Origin: a virus
Lineage: Duplodnaviria; Caudoviricetes
IMG/VR virus record: IMGVR_UViG_3300009424_000011
Location: 1 to 64,000 of that record
Length of the DNA: 64,000 nt
Direction: 5' to 3' (one strand)
Position 1 is the stretch's first letter; every line of letters starts with the position of its first letter. The notes under the pieces were generated by a model that did not search any database, had not been told where the DNA came from, and saw only the letters and a program-made list of their open reading frames with translations. A program made the position numbers and the translations under genes. Of this stretch, positions 30,456-41,384 are shown in pieces.

Positions 30456-31784
30456 ATGTTCGAGCTTTCCCCACAGCAGGGAGACGCCGTGCGCCGCATC
30501 CGCGAATGGTTCAAGAACAGCACCGCGATGAAGCAGGTGTTCGTGATGTGTGGATTTGCAGGCACCGGTAAGTCCACCATCCTGCCTGACATCCTAGACG
30601 CCCTTGGGCTTGATCCTGAACAGGTGGCCTTCTGTGCGCCGACTGGTAAGGCCGCCAAGGTCATGGGAACCAAGCTCCGGGCTCAAGGCATCAACGTCTA
30701 CCCTTCGACAATCCACTCGCTGATCTACACGCCAAAGCCGCAGAAGGCCGAGGCGCTGGAGCGCGAGTTGGCTGAGATGAAGACCTTCGTCACCATGCTC
30801 AAGGCTGGTAGCGTAGCTCCGCCGTCGGGCAACTTGAAGGCTGATCTCCACGAAGCCGAGAAGAAGATTCACATCCTCACCCGTGACCTCGATCGCGCCT
30901 ACGATCTGAACGATCTCCGCTTCTCACTCAACCCCGACTCGCGTCTCGTGCAGTCTGACATCCACCTCATTGTGGTGGACGAAGGCTCCATGGTCGGTGA
31001 GCAGATGGCCGAAGACCTCATGGACTTCGAGATTCCCATCCTCGTGATGGGTGATCCCGGCCAGCTTCCACCGGTTGGTGAAGACCCCGGCTTTCTCAAT
31101 GGTTCCCCGGATGCCTTCCTGACCGAAGTCCACCGGCAGGCTGCCGACAACCCGATCATCCACCTTGCCACTCTGGTTCGCAAGGGCCAGCGGGGTGACT
31201 ATGGTGACTACGGTAACGGTGTTCTGATCGTGCCGGCGAAAAAGGACATCTACACACTCGATCTGGATCGGGATGCTCAGGTGATCGTCGGCACCAACAA
31301 GAACCGTTGGAAGCAGACCAGCAAGATGCGCAAGGAAGGCGGCTTTCTCGATACCTTGCCCCACAAGGGTGAGCCGCTGATCATGTGCCGCAACAGTCGG
31401 ACCTATCCGAATCTCGTCAACGGGACACAAGTTTTCTCCGCTGAGGATCACGGAATGGCTGCTGATGGTGCCGACCGTTTCCTTGCGAAGATTCGCGATG
31501 AGGAAGGCAAAGCCTATTCGATGTTCTGCTACCAAGGACTTCTGGAAGAGCATTTCGGCCGCGTCAAGAACTTCGCCACCACGACCAAGGACCGGGCCTT
31601 CCGTTCGCGAATCAATGACCACCAGCTTGACTTCGGCTGGGCGATCACTTGCCACAAGGCGCAAGGCAGTCAGTGGGATGAAGTGATCGTTCACGATGAT
31701 TCGGGTTCGTTCCGGGAAGATGCCGACAAATGGCTCTACACGGCCATCACTCGTGCGGCAGAACGACTGGTCATTGTCGCATGA
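30456..31784 (+). CDS. SF1B helicase (Dda/RecD-like)
   Basis: GFAGTGKS, DEGSM, GDPGQLPP, HKAQGS and YTAITRA motifs. Confidence 0.92.
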   Translation: MFELSPQQGDAVRRIREWFKNSTAMKQVFVMCGFAGTGKSTILPDILDALGLDPEQVAFCAPTGKAAKVMGTKLRAQGINVYPSTIHSLIYTPKPQKAEALERELAEMKTFVTMLKAGSVAPPSGNLKADLHEAEKKIHILTRDLDRAYDLNDLRFSLNPDSRLVQSDIHLIVVDEGSMVGEQMAEDLMDFEIPILVMGDPGQLPPVGEDPGFLNGSPDAFLTEVHRQAADNPIIHLATLVRKGQRGDYGDYGNGVLIVPAKKDIYTLDLDRDAQVIVGTNKNRWKQTSKMRKEGGFLDTLPHKGEPLIMCRNSRTYPNLVNGTQVFSAEDHGMAADGADRFLAKIRDEEGKAYSMFCYQGLLEEHFGRVKNFATTTKDRAFRSRINDHQLDFGWAITCHKAQGSQWDEVIVHDDSGSFREDADKWLYTAITRAAERLVIVA

Positions 31785-31892
31785 GAAATGGCTTAAAACC
31801 GCCAGTTTGACTATCAGGTTCCATCAACTCAGCGCTAATTTTGCACGGACTACCGTGACCACTTGCGCCATGTTAGAGAAAGTATCAGAAGC

Positions 31893-32480
31893 ATGACATC
31901 GGCACCGAAGCTCATCGGCCTACTAGGTCGGAAGGGATCAGGCAAAGATACAGCGGCCCTCGTGCTGCTGTCTCAGGGTTACCAGAACGTCAAGTTTGCG
32001 GGGGCCTTGAAAGACATGCTGAGATGTTTCTTGACCTATCGTGGTCTTGATGCTCAGACTGTCGAACGAATGGTAGAAGGCGATCTCAAAGAGATGCCGA
32101 CTTCCTACCTTTCGGGTCAAACACCAAGGTTTGCGATGCAGACTTTGGGGACGGAATGGGGTCGCCAACTCATCGCAGATGATCTCTGGATCAGCACTGC
32201 GATAGGGCTCACCAGTGGACGGGACACCGTGATCACTGATGTGCGCTTCCCCAATGAAATGCGGGCCGTTGAAGCCGCCGGTGGTGTATGCTTTGGCATC
32301 ACGGCCGACTGGATCAAGCCCATTGAGGGGGAACACGAATCCGAAGCTCTGATTGACGAATTGATTGCGAAGCTCCCAGCAGGTCAAAAAATCACCAATC
32401 GGCGGGCCGCGCCGGGCCAAGAGCCCTACGCGATCCAAGAGTTCCAGATGCGCTTTCTCGACAAGCTGCGTCTCCTGTAG
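31893..32480 (+). CDS. Deoxynucleoside monophosphate kinase
   Basis: GRKGSGKDT, PRFAMQTLGTEWGR and DVRFPNE motifs. Confidence 0.9.
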   Translation: MTSAPKLIGLLGRKGSGKDTAALVLLSQGYQNVKFAGALKDMLRCFLTYRGLDAQTVERMVEGDLKEMPTSYLSGQTPRFAMQTLGTEWGRQLIADDLWISTAIGLTSGRDTVITDVRFPNEMRAVEAAGGVCFGITADWIKPIEGEHESEALIDELIAKLPAGQKITNRRAAPGQEPYAIQEFQMRFLDKLRLL

Positions 32481-32534
32481 AAGGCATGTCCTTCTTCTGG
32501 AGGATAACTTTGCCTGTAACTGGAGTAACTTATT

Positions 32535-33035
32535 ATGGCATTCGTCACCTTGACTGTTAGCGACATTGATCTTGCAGCGGCCACCTACAAGGTTGATTTC
32601 TCGGCATCTGGAACCGAGATCGATGACGGACAGGCTACCGCCGCATATTTCACGGCGTTCTATCTGAATACGATTGTTGCCACCGAAGAGTTTGCGGATG
32701 GCGTTGTCGCCTTCGGTCGCGACCTGATTGACAGCATGACGCGGGACAACCCGGAAATGCCGATGACCGAACAGCCTGCCAAGATGACGATCTCCTTGAT
32801 CGATAAGGACCTCACTACCGGTCGTTACAACGTCTCGCTGGATAACGAAGGCGGTGATCCGACCGGTCACAGCCTTCCTACCACGGCTCAGGTCGTTGGC
32901 ACCTACATGCGTTACCTTCTTACTGATGTGGATTTCCGCAACGCGGTCTGGAAATTCGCTGAGGAATACGTGGCCCAGAACGGGTCGGCGAAAATCGCCA
33001 ACGCGGATTCCGCTCCCTCTTCGATCGCAGCCTAA
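32535..33035 (+). CDS. Hypothetical protein with internal duplication
   Basis: Two similar halves (DIDLAAATYKV and DKDLTTGRYNV). Confidence 0.6.
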   Translation: MAFVTLTVSDIDLAAATYKVDFSASGTEIDDGQATAAYFTAFYLNTIVATEEFADGVVAFGRDLIDSMTRDNPEMPMTEQPAKMTISLIDKDLTTGRYNVSLDNEGGDPTGHSLPTTAQVVGTYMRYLLTDVDFRNAVWKFAEEYVAQNGSAKIANADSAPSSIAA

Positions 33036-33045
33036 GGAACTCGCC

Positions 33046-33615
33046 TTGAATCTGACGCACCCCGAACTCGTTGCCGCACTGGCGAAGCCCGGCAACGACA
33101 TCCTTGCATCGTTGACCCCTGAAAAGGTCGATATGTGGCACGCTGCCACCGGCATCTCCGGTGAGGCTGGTGAGATCACCGAGGCTCTTTTCAGCTTCGA
33201 ACTGAGCGACCGCACCGAACTCGATCTGGAAAACCTGATCGAAGAAATGGGCGACATGGAGTTCTATCTCCAGCAGCTTCGCACCAACGTCGGCATCACG
33301 CGTGAGTTCCTTTACGAGCAGCGGTTCGATTTCTACCAGTCGGACCAGCCGATGGTCGTCGCGGCTCTGATCAACATGGCTGCCAGCCAAATCCTCGATC
33401 AAGTCAAGAAGCATGTTGTCTACAACAAGCCGCTCGATCGGGATGCTCTGACTGTGGCCCTGTTCCGTATGGAATGCCAACTCATCATCATGCGCTCACT
33501 CTCCGGCGTCAAGCTTGAGACGGTTCTGGACCAGAACATCGCCAAGCTCAGCGTCCGCTACGCCGGGATGAAATACACCGACGCCGATGCCCAGAACCGC
33601 GCCGACAAGGCGTAA
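33046..33615 (+). CDS. MazG-like NTP pyrophosphohydrolase
   Basis: GISGEAGE, EEMGD and NIAKLSVRY motifs. Confidence 0.8.
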   Translation: MNLTHPELVAALAKPGNDILASLTPEKVDMWHAATGISGEAGEITEALFSFELSDRTELDLENLIEEMGDMEFYLQQLRTNVGITREFLYEQRFDFYQSDQPMVVAALINMAASQILDQVKKHVVYNKPLDRDALTVALFRMECQLIIMRSLSGVKLETVLDQNIAKLSVRYAGMKYTDADAQNRADKA

Positions 33616-34467
33616 TCCTCAACAAGGAAATTATTACATGCCCATGAACAGTTTTGAGAAGGCTCAGGCCACGATCGGCTGCGTTGCGATTCTGATGTGG
33701 CTGGGTGGTATTGGTGTCGTCATCACCATCGCTGTCCTGATCATCAAAGCTCTCTTGAAGTATATCGGCTCATGAGCCGCTTCAATCTCCGCCGGCGCTT
33801 CAAGCGCTTCGTCTCGGCCATCACGGGCCGGTTTGTCAGCCGCAAATACGCCGAGGAAAATCCCGCCGAGACGTATGAGCGCACCTTCGAAGTGGACAAG
33901 TGATGGACCTTCTCCGCTTCGTTGACAAGGACAACGGACCCTACTTCATTGACGGCCGGGCATTGTTTGCTCTTTGTCCGGACGCCACCCAGCAAGAGAC
34001 CAAGTTGGTCGCCTTCGGTCAGTTCGGTGTGATTGCATCGCTGGACCTTTCGGCCGATGTCGAAGAAGTCGCCCTGATGATTGAACGTGCCGTTCCCGGT
34101 GCGCGGATTCATCGAATCGATTAACTTTCGATTGACAACCACCGCCATTATGGATATGCGGTGACTTGAAAACAGGGGAAAGAAAATGGATAGAAAGCTT
34201 TCTTGGATTCAGGCCACCGCGATCCTTCTGCTCGCTGCTGTTGGTCTCGCCGTAGTGATCGATGTGGTAGCCGGCAAGTGATCACTCACATGGACATGGA
34301 ATCCTATGGATTTGACGAGTGGGATTCCACTGGCGCTTTGTTCGACATGAAGTCCGGTTTGACTTTCGTTGACAACATCGATCCCCGATACGCAGGCTTG
34401 AACCGGGCCCAGCGACGCAAGGCAATGGCTGTCGAGAACCGTGCATTTCGCAAGAGGATGAAGAAGC

Positions 34468-34761
34468 GTGGCTGATCCCGATGAGACCATCGACGCCCTG
34501 CTGGGCTATCACAAGGCTGTGATCGCTCGCGGTGTGTTCGGTGAGGACTCCAAGATTTACGAAGAGATCGACGAGTTCGCCGATGCTCTTGACCAGAACG
34601 TCCAGATCATGGCGCTGGTCGAACTCTCCGATGTGATCGGAGCGATCGAAGGGTGGCTGGTAAAGCATCACCCGACTGTGACCCTTGCAGACCTTGCCGC
34701 GATGGCGGCTGTCACCAAGCGGGCTTTCGAGTCGGGTGTGCGGGAGAACCGTGATGGCTGA
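34468..34761 (+). CDS. Small MazG-fold-like protein
   Basis: KIYEEIDE...VELSD. Confidence 0.55.
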   Translation: MADPDETIDALLGYHKAVIARGVFGEDSKIYEEIDEFADALDQNVQIMALVELSDVIGAIEGWLVKHHPTVTLADLAAMAAVTKRAFESGVRENRDG

Positions 34762-35345
34762 GGCCATGGTCATGGAGCAGTGTCCGTTCGATCTTCGGCT
34801 TGCCCGGACGCCTTACTTGGTGCTGCCCAAGCTCGCACTGCAAGTCATGCCCATGGAATGGCGCAAGCGCTTCGAAGCGCTTCTGGTCGAGATGGAAGAC
34901 GCCGGGATCGAAACGCCGGATTATCACGTCTTTCGTGACGATGGGCAGGGCGAGCGATATACCCGAGCCCGTGTGGTCAACGAGCAGACCGGCTTTGTCC
35001 GTCTCGTTGGTGGTGAAGATGATCCGTGGGCGGATTACCGATACGATCAGCATCGCAAGGTCGCTGAGCTTTGCCCTGAGTTTGCCGCGAGGCAGGAGAA
35101 CTGTGATGACTGAGATCAAGGCCCAACCGGTTTTCTATCCCGAGATCGTCGAGACGGCTGAGGGTCGGTTCCTTGTTGACAAGGACGGTAAGGTCCTCGA
35201 ACGGATTCCCGATCCTGACGAATGCATGGAGTGTGGTGATACCGGTCCGTGGGTCGATGAATGCACCCAGCTTTGCGAGATGTGCAGCGACTTCATCATG
35301 GGGCCAGACGATTTCGGCGACGAAGACCAAGAGGACGATGACTGA
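34754..35345 (+). CDS. Two hypothetical ORFs (34754-35113 and 35106-35345, the latter with CxxC pairs)
   Basis: Coupled ORFs with RBS. Confidence 0.5.
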
Positions 35346-35955
35346 TATGACACCCATGATCGACTACGCGCTACTCGGCCGGGCGGTCACGGAGTATCAG
35401 AAACGCGGCTACGTCTACAAGGAAGTCCCTTGGCTAGTGCCTGAGGCACCGATCCGCGCCACCTTACCGCCGGAGTTTCCTGTCTACGTTGCCGGTCCCC
35501 GTTTTGACCACCGCGACCATGATGGTAAATGGATCGGCGCGACTGATGCCTTCGAAGAAGCCCACTACCTCGTGGGGTCTGCCGAGCAAGGCTTTTTGTC
35601 CATGGGTCTCAAGCCCGGCGCATACATCGGTGTGACACCTTGTTTCCGCCATGAGCCAGTCCAGAACATCTTCTACCAGACTGGATTCATGAAGGCCGAA
35701 CTCTTCGTCACTGTCGAAGATGCGACTGTCGATCGCGTCATGCATGACGCCCGCGAAGTGGTCGGTGTCCTGAGTGGGATCGATCCGGATATTGTTGCCA
35801 CTGACATTGGCTTCGATCTGGAACTCGCCGAGATTGAGATCGGCTCCTACGGTGAACGGGTCCACCCAGAGTTCGGTCGTTGGGTCTACGGAACTGGTCT
35901 GGCGCTTCCTCGGTTCAGCGTAGCCAAGGGTCTCTCCACCGTCCTCCAGCACTAA
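35338..35955 (+). CDS. Class II aminoacyl-tRNA synthetase (SerRS-like) catalytic core
   Basis: Motif 1 GY..KEVP; GSAE; motif 2 CFRHE...FMKAE; motif 3 GTGLALPR. Confidence 0.7.
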   Translation: MTDMTPMIDYALLGRAVTEYQKRGYVYKEVPWLVPEAPIRATLPPEFPVYVAGPRFDHRDHDGKWIGATDAFEEAHYLVGSAEQGFLSMGLKPGAYIGVTPCFRHEPVQNIFYQTGFMKAELFVTVEDATVDRVMHDAREVVGVLSGIDPDIVATDIGFDLELAEIEIGSYGERVHPEFGRWVYGTGLALPRFSVAKGLSTVLQH

Positions 35956-36066
35956 TTCGTGTCAAGCGGTATATTTGCTGCACAGCAAATTTACTCCTTG
36001 ATCACCACCGACATTTTCGCTATACTGTGCGGCCGTTTTCACTTCATCTACGGACACCCAAAACTC

Positions 36067-37833
36067 ATGCCAGTCTCCCCGAACGAGGTCATTATCGATC
36101 TCGGGCGCGACGCTCTGCTCGCTCCGCACGCCATTGAAACCCTACAAGATCGCTACATGGTTGAAGGGGAGACCAGTCCTCAACATGCGTTCGCCCGCGC
36201 CTCGGCAGCCTTCGCCGATGACGCCGCACATGCCCAGCGACTCTACGATTATGCTTCCAAGGGCTGGTTCATGTTCGCCACCCCGCTACTCTCCAATGGC
36301 GGCACCGAGCGCGGTCTTCCGATCTCCTGCTACCTCAACTACATGGCCGACAGCCGCAAGGGCATCAACGCCCACTACGAAGAGACTTCGTGGCTCTCCA
36401 GCCTCGGTGGTGGTGTTGGTGGCTACATCGCTGTGCGCGGCGCGGAAGGCACATCCAAGGGTTCGGCGTCGTCCGGCGGCATCCCGTTTGTCTGCATCCT
36501 CGATCGCTACATGCTGGCGTTCTCGCAGGGTAAGACCCGGCGCGGTAGCTACTGCGCCTATCTCGACATCTCGCACCCGGAAACGGATGAGTTCCTTGAG
36601 CTTCGCAAGCCGTCGGGTGGTGACGCAAACCGCAAGGCACTGAACCTTCACCACGCCATCAACATCACAGACGACTTCATGCGCGCCTGTCTGGCCGATG
36701 CTGAGTGGAACTTCCGCAGCCCGAAGACCGGCGAGATCAAGAAGACGGTCAACGCCCGCGCTCTGATGCGGAAGATCGTCGAGACGCGCCACCAGACCGG
36801 CGAGCCCTTCATCCTGTTCAAGGACACCGCCAATCGTGCGCTGCCCCAGCCTCTCAAGGACAAGGGCCTCAAGATCAATCACTCGAATCTCTGCACGGAG
36901 ATCATGCTTCCGACGGCCGAAGATCGCACAGCGGTCTGCTGCCTGTCGAGTCCGAACCTCGCGGCCTACGATGAGTGGAAGGATCACCCGCTCTTCATCG
37001 AAGACCTCATGCGGATGCTCGACAACACGCTGGATGACTTCATCGCGAAGGCTCCTCCGGAACTGTGGCGTGCTGTCGCCTCAGCAAAGAACGAGCGGTC
37101 GGTCGGTCTGGGCGGCATGGGCCTCCACACCTACTTGCAGGATCACGGGATCGTGTGGGGCAGTGACCTTGCTCGCGCCTACAACGTGATGATGTTCGAA
37201 GACTTGCAGAAGAAGACGATCGCGGCTTCGCTCAAGCTCGGTGCTGAACGCGGTGAAGCGCCAGACATGGCCGGCACCGGGCATCGCTTCTCCCACCGCA
37301 TGGCTGTGGCTCCGAATGCTTCGTCGTCGATCTTCGTGCCGCAGGGTCCGATCTCGCCGTCCATCGAACAGTGGCCGGAGAACATCTTCATCCACAAGAC
37401 TCTGACCGGTTCGCACACCGTTAAGAATCCGTCGCTGGTTCGCCTGCTCGAAACCAAGGGCAAGAACACCAAGGAAGTCTGGAAGGACATCCTGCTCCAC
37501 GAAGGTTCGGTCCAGCATCTGGACTTCCTGACCGATCAGGAAAAGGCTGTGTTCGCCACCGCCTTCGAGACCGACCAGCGCCTGACCATTCAGATGGCGA
37601 ACGATCGTTCCGGCTACGTCGATCAGGGCGTTAGCCTTAACATCTCGGTGCCCGCATTCGTGGACGCCGACTACATGCTCGAACTGCACTTCATGGCTTG
37701 GGCCGGTGGTAGCAAAAGTATGTATTATGTGCGGTCCAAGGCTCCCAAGAAAGCTGAGAACATGAACACCAAGGTGGCTGCGCTGGAAATGGTCATGCCC
37801 GAAGATGAAGGATGCCTCGCCTGTGAAGGATAA
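36067..37833 (+). CDS. nrdA: Ribonucleotide reductase class I alpha subunit
   Basis: PISCY, SNLCTEI, VCCL, APNASSS and C-terminal CLACEG. Confidence 0.95.
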   Translation: MPVSPNEVIIDLGRDALLAPHAIETLQDRYMVEGETSPQHAFARASAAFADDAAHAQRLYDYASKGWFMFATPLLSNGGTERGLPISCYLNYMADSRKGINAHYEETSWLSSLGGGVGGYIAVRGAEGTSKGSASSGGIPFVCILDRYMLAFSQGKTRRGSYCAYLDISHPETDEFLELRKPSGGDANRKALNLHHAINITDDFMRACLADAEWNFRSPKTGEIKKTVNARALMRKIVETRHQTGEPFILFKDTANRALPQPLKDKGLKINHSNLCTEIMLPTAEDRTAVCCLSSPNLAAYDEWKDHPLFIEDLMRMLDNTLDDFIAKAPPELWRAVASAKNERSVGLGGMGLHTYLQDHGIVWGSDLARAYNVMMFEDLQKKTIAASLKLGAERGEAPDMAGTGHRFSHRMAVAPNASSSIFVPQGPISPSIEQWPENIFIHKTLTGSHTVKNPSLVRLLETKGKNTKEVWKDILLHEGSVQHLDFLTDQEKAVFATAFETDQRLTIQMANDRSGYVDQGVSLNISVPAFVDADYMLELHFMAWAGGSKSMYYVRSKAPKKAENMNTKVAALEMVMPEDEGCLACEG

Positions 37834-38279
37834 TTTTCTCGATAGCTATGCTGATGCTTTTCCCGATTTCAAGGGCGATCTGGTGGGTCGGGTAGTCGGT
37901 TACGAATACCCCCACCAGCCCCACCCCAGCCACATCAAGCCGGGGCGGACTCCTCGTCTCAAGCGCACCATTTGGGGGAGGGTCTATGCTCAGATTCACC
38001 GTCAAAATCACGTTATGCTCTATACCGAAAGTGGTGAGATTCGGGGGTGTCAAATCACCGATCTGCATACCATCATGCCGGAGACCTACTGATGGGTATC
38101 GATCCCGACTTCCTCCCCGTCGTCGGTGACATCGTGACGCTTGGAGATGAGCCCGACTGCATCATCCCACCCGGTGACTACGAGGTCACCCAAGTCAACC
38201 CCGACGGTTCCTTCCATGTGGGCGGGAACACCGCTGTCTGGCCGCGCCGGATCATCGCCCGAGAACACCGCTACCGGCT

Positions 38280-38777
38280 GTGACCAGCTTCCAAGGACAG
38301 CGCGGTCTCACCAACAATGAACGTTTCGACGCTATGTTCAAAGTGTCAGAAACTGGTTGTTGGGAGTGGCAAGGATCATTGGACAAGGACGGCTACGGGT
38401 TGTTCTGGGACGGTGAGAAACAGAAGAACGCTAGGGCTCATCGCTTCGCTTACGAGCGTTTACACGGTCCCCTAGGTAATCTCCAAGCCTGCCATCGTTG
38501 CGATAACCCTGCATGTGTTCGTCCAGAGCATTTGTTCGAAGGCACGAACAAGGACAACATGGATGACAAAGCTGAAAAAGGAAGAACTCTTGGCTTCGCC
38601 GCTATGAAAGGCGAACAACATACCCAAGCAAAGCTTACCGAAGTCGATGTATCTCAAATTAAACGCCGCCTAGCAAGCGGAGACAAGCAAAAAGAAATAG
38701 CAAGAGATTACGGCATAGATGCCACAGTGATTTCTCGCATTAAGACAAGAAAGATTTGGAAAGATGTCCATTTTTAA
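38280..38777 (+). CDS. HNH homing endonuclease
   Basis: CWEW, GYG, AHR, CHRCDNPACVRPEHL and GT..DN; AT-rich. Confidence 0.9.
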   Translation: MTSFQGQRGLTNNERFDAMFKVSETGCWEWQGSLDKDGYGLFWDGEKQKNARAHRFAYERLHGPLGNLQACHRCDNPACVRPEHLFEGTNKDNMDDKAEKGRTLGFAAMKGEQHTQAKLTEVDVSQIKRRLASGDKQKEIARDYGIDATVISRIKTRKIWKDVHF

Positions 38778-39774
38778 GAAGAGCGCTGCATACAAGCCTT
38801 TCCAGTTTCCGTGGGCGTTCGAAGCTTACGATATGTTGCAGAAGACTCATTGGCTTCCATCCGAAGTTCCTCTTCAAGAGGATGTGCATGACTGGAACTC
38901 AAAGCTCACCCCATCCGAGAAGAATCTTCTCACCCAGCTTTTCCGCTTCTTCACCAAGGGTGATGAAGACATCACGCACGGCTACCTTGATGTCTACATC
39001 CCGATGTTCAAGCCGACCGAGATTCGCATGATGCTCTCGGCAATTGCGACGCAGGAAGCCAACCACATCCACTCGTATTCTCAGTTGATCGATACGGTCG
39101 GGATGCCGGAGTCCGATTACAGCGCCTTTGCCGAATACGCCGAGATGGCTGAGAAACACGAGTATATGTTCGCTGATCGGACCGAAGGGACTGACGGCCG
39201 GCGGTTCACCCCGCGTGAGCGTCTGGCGCTCGATCTGGCGGTGTTCTCGGCCTTCGGGGAAGGTATGCAGCTTTTCTCCAGCTTCGCTGTCCTGCTGAGC
39301 TTCAAGCGCCGCAACCTGATGAAGGGCATGTCCACCATCGTTGAGTGGTCGCTGCGTGACGAGACTCTGCACGTCGAATGTATGCTCAAGCTCTTCCACA
39401 CCATGATCAAGGAGAACCCGAAGCTCTGGAACGAAGATGTCAAGGCAGCCATCCGCCAGATCGCCAAGGACATGGTGCGGCTCGAAGACCGCTTCATCGA
39501 CCTCATGTTCGCCATGGGCGAGGTCGCCGGCATCACGGCCGAGGAGACCAAGACCTACATCCGCTACACGGCCGATCGCCGCATGATCCAGTTGGGTCTC
39601 AAGCCGATCTACCGCCAGAAGGAAAACCCACTCGACTGGATCGACGAGATGATGGCTGCCCACACGCACACCAACTTCTTCGAAGGCCGATCGACCGAGT
39701 ATGCCAAGGGCGGCGTGACCGGCTGGGATGAGAATACGTGGAACTTCGTTTCCAAGTTCGAGGATAACGCGTGA
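38764..39774 (+). CDS. nrdB: Ribonucleotide reductase beta subunit
   Basis: EANHIHSY, EGMQLFSSF, DETLH and NFFE motifs. Confidence 0.95.
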   Translation: MSIFKKSAAYKPFQFPWAFEAYDMLQKTHWLPSEVPLQEDVHDWNSKLTPSEKNLLTQLFRFFTKGDEDITHGYLDVYIPMFKPTEIRMMLSAIATQEANHIHSYSQLIDTVGMPESDYSAFAEYAEMAEKHEYMFADRTEGTDGRRFTPRERLALDLAVFSAFGEGMQLFSSFAVLLSFKRRNLMKGMSTIVEWSLRDETLHVECMLKLFHTMIKENPKLWNEDVKAAIRQIAKDMVRLEDRFIDLMFAMGEVAGITAEETKTYIRYTADRRMIQLGLKPIYRQKENPLDWIDEMMAAHTHTNFFEGRSTEYAKGGVTGWDENTWNFVSKFEDNA

Positions 39775-40034
39775 TGCAGATCGTCGTCTACTCCAAGCTC
39801 GGGTGCCCGTTTTGCTCGCTCCTCAAGATGGAGCTTGTGAAGCGTGGCTATACCTACACCGAAGTCGATCTGACCGATGATTCGCTCCGTCAGGATTTTT
39901 ATCAGAAGACCGGAACAAACACTGTGCCTCAGGTCTTTATCATGGATCAGGACGCCAGTCTGACTGATCCAGTAGGGAAGCGGTTAGGCGGATACAGCGA
40001 TCTGTCAAAAGATTGGTCCGTCTTGGAATCCTGA
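39771..40034 (+). CDS. Glutaredoxin
   Basis: CPFC, TVPQVF and GGY motifs. Confidence 0.9.
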   Translation: MMQIVVYSKLGCPFCSLLKMELVKRGYTYTEVDLTDDSLRQDFYQKTGTNTVPQVFIMDQDASLTDPVGKRLGGYSDLSKDWSVLES

Positions 40035-40167
40035 TATATTCCTCCTATTTGACGGGTCAAAAATGCAGTTGAGAACATTCTAAATGATCTTGACTGCATT
40101 TTCGCTTGACACCGAATCGGTCTTTGCCCTAGTAAGCGAATCACCGAAACAAATGGAGAAACTAGAC

Positions 40168-40923
40168 ATGGCTGCTCACGCAACCCTTACGAAGCCTCCC
40201 GGCGGACGTGTCACCGGGAAGTCCAAAGCAAAAATCCAGATGCACGCTGTGCCTGCTGTTGCACGCCGCTCTGATCTCGCTGGTTCTGACAGCGATCTCG
40301 ATCTCGGATCACTGGGCGGGCGACTGGCCTATGCCCGACTGCGTGAAAATGTGACGCAGGATCAACTCGCCAAGGCGGCCGACAAGTGCCGTGGCACCAT
40401 CGTCGCTTACGAACGCAACACAATCATGCCGCCGATCCCGATCGTCGAAGCACTGGCGCGGGTCCTCAAGGTCTCGCCATCCTTCCTCGCATTCGGGGAA
40501 CACGGCGTCAAGGCCGTCGGCGACATGAATGCGGCCGAAGCGACCGTCAATGTGGACGAGATCACTTTCGGCCGGGATGGTTCCTACAACAGTGGAACTT
40601 TCGCGATGCCGCGATCGCTGGCCGAGAGTTACGTGGAAAGCGTCCGCACGCTCAAGGTCTACGTCCTCGGTCACAATGCCGATGCGTTCGGCTTGCGTCA
40701 GGACACTCGCCTGTTCGTGGACTCCAGCGTCCAGTCCGTCTCGAACGAGTTCGATACCTACGTGATCGAAGTCAACGGCGGTATGGAAGTGATCCGCATC
40801 GCCCCGTCTTTTGCCAAGTCGAGCAAGGTCATGGTCGAAGGCTCGCGGGGTGACAAGCAGGAAGTCGCCGCCAAGGACCTCAAGATTTTGGGTGCAGTCG
40901 TCTCGACGCTTCGCCCTCAGTAA
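40168..40923 (+). CDS. XRE-family HTH regulator with S24-like C-terminal region
   Basis: RLAYARLRENVTQDQLA...IVAYE...LARVLKVSPSFLAFG. Confidence 0.8.
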   Translation: MAAHATLTKPPGGRVTGKSKAKIQMHAVPAVARRSDLAGSDSDLDLGSLGGRLAYARLRENVTQDQLAKAADKCRGTIVAYERNTIMPPIPIVEALARVLKVSPSFLAFGEHGVKAVGDMNAAEATVNVDEITFGRDGSYNSGTFAMPRSLAESYVESVRTLKVYVLGHNADAFGLRQDTRLFVDSSVQSVSNEFDTYVIEVNGGMEVIRIAPSFAKSSKVMVEGSRGDKQEVAAKDLKILGAVVSTLRPQ

Positions 40924-40944
40924 TAAGCGTTGGCACGCTTTGGG

Positions 40945-40978
40945 AAAGGCCCGCTGGAGCGATCCAGCGGGCCTTTTT
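40945..40978. terminator. Likely bidirectional terminator at the convergence of the two arms
   Basis: AAAGGCCCGCTGGA-GCGA-TCCAGCGGGCCTTTTT. Confidence 0.85.
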
Positions 40979-41144
40979 GATTACCGGGCCATGAAGTGAT
41001 CGATCGATTGATGGGGCGGGGTAAGCTCGCAGCGAACACAGGCCCAGTTCCCATCGCGCCATGGGAGCCGCATATTCCAGCGCTCACACTTGCGGCAATA
41101 GAGCGGGTCCTTGTGCTGCCGCCAGAGATTGATCAGGAAACGTT

Positions 41145-41384
41145 TCATGCGAGTTCTCCGAGTGCCCTACCGGTCAGGTAGCAGCAGATGACCATGATGA
41201 TCGGCAGCGCAAGCAAATAGCCGGCCGTAAGTTGTCCCATAACATCCTCAGCGAAGTCGCCGAGATGGAACAGGATGTTGTTGTCACCATCGTATTCGAT
41301 GAGGGGCGTGAGGATATACCCGGCAGCTATCAGAACCATTCCGATCACCAAGTAGCCAAGACACAGGTATCCCAGCGCATCCAC
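41145..41384 (-). CDS. Small membrane protein
   Basis: Two hydrophobic segments. Confidence 0.5.
   Translation of the reverse strand: MDALGYLCLGYLVIGMVLIAAGYILTPLIEYDGDNNILFHLGDFAEDVMGQLTAGYLLALPIIMVICCYLTGRALGELA

Noticed and set aside
35959-36066. Upstream extension of nrdA; introns or inteins in nrdA and PolA
   Set aside because: A strong promoter lies within the extension, so the start is 36067. Both genes are continuous and lack intein motifs.
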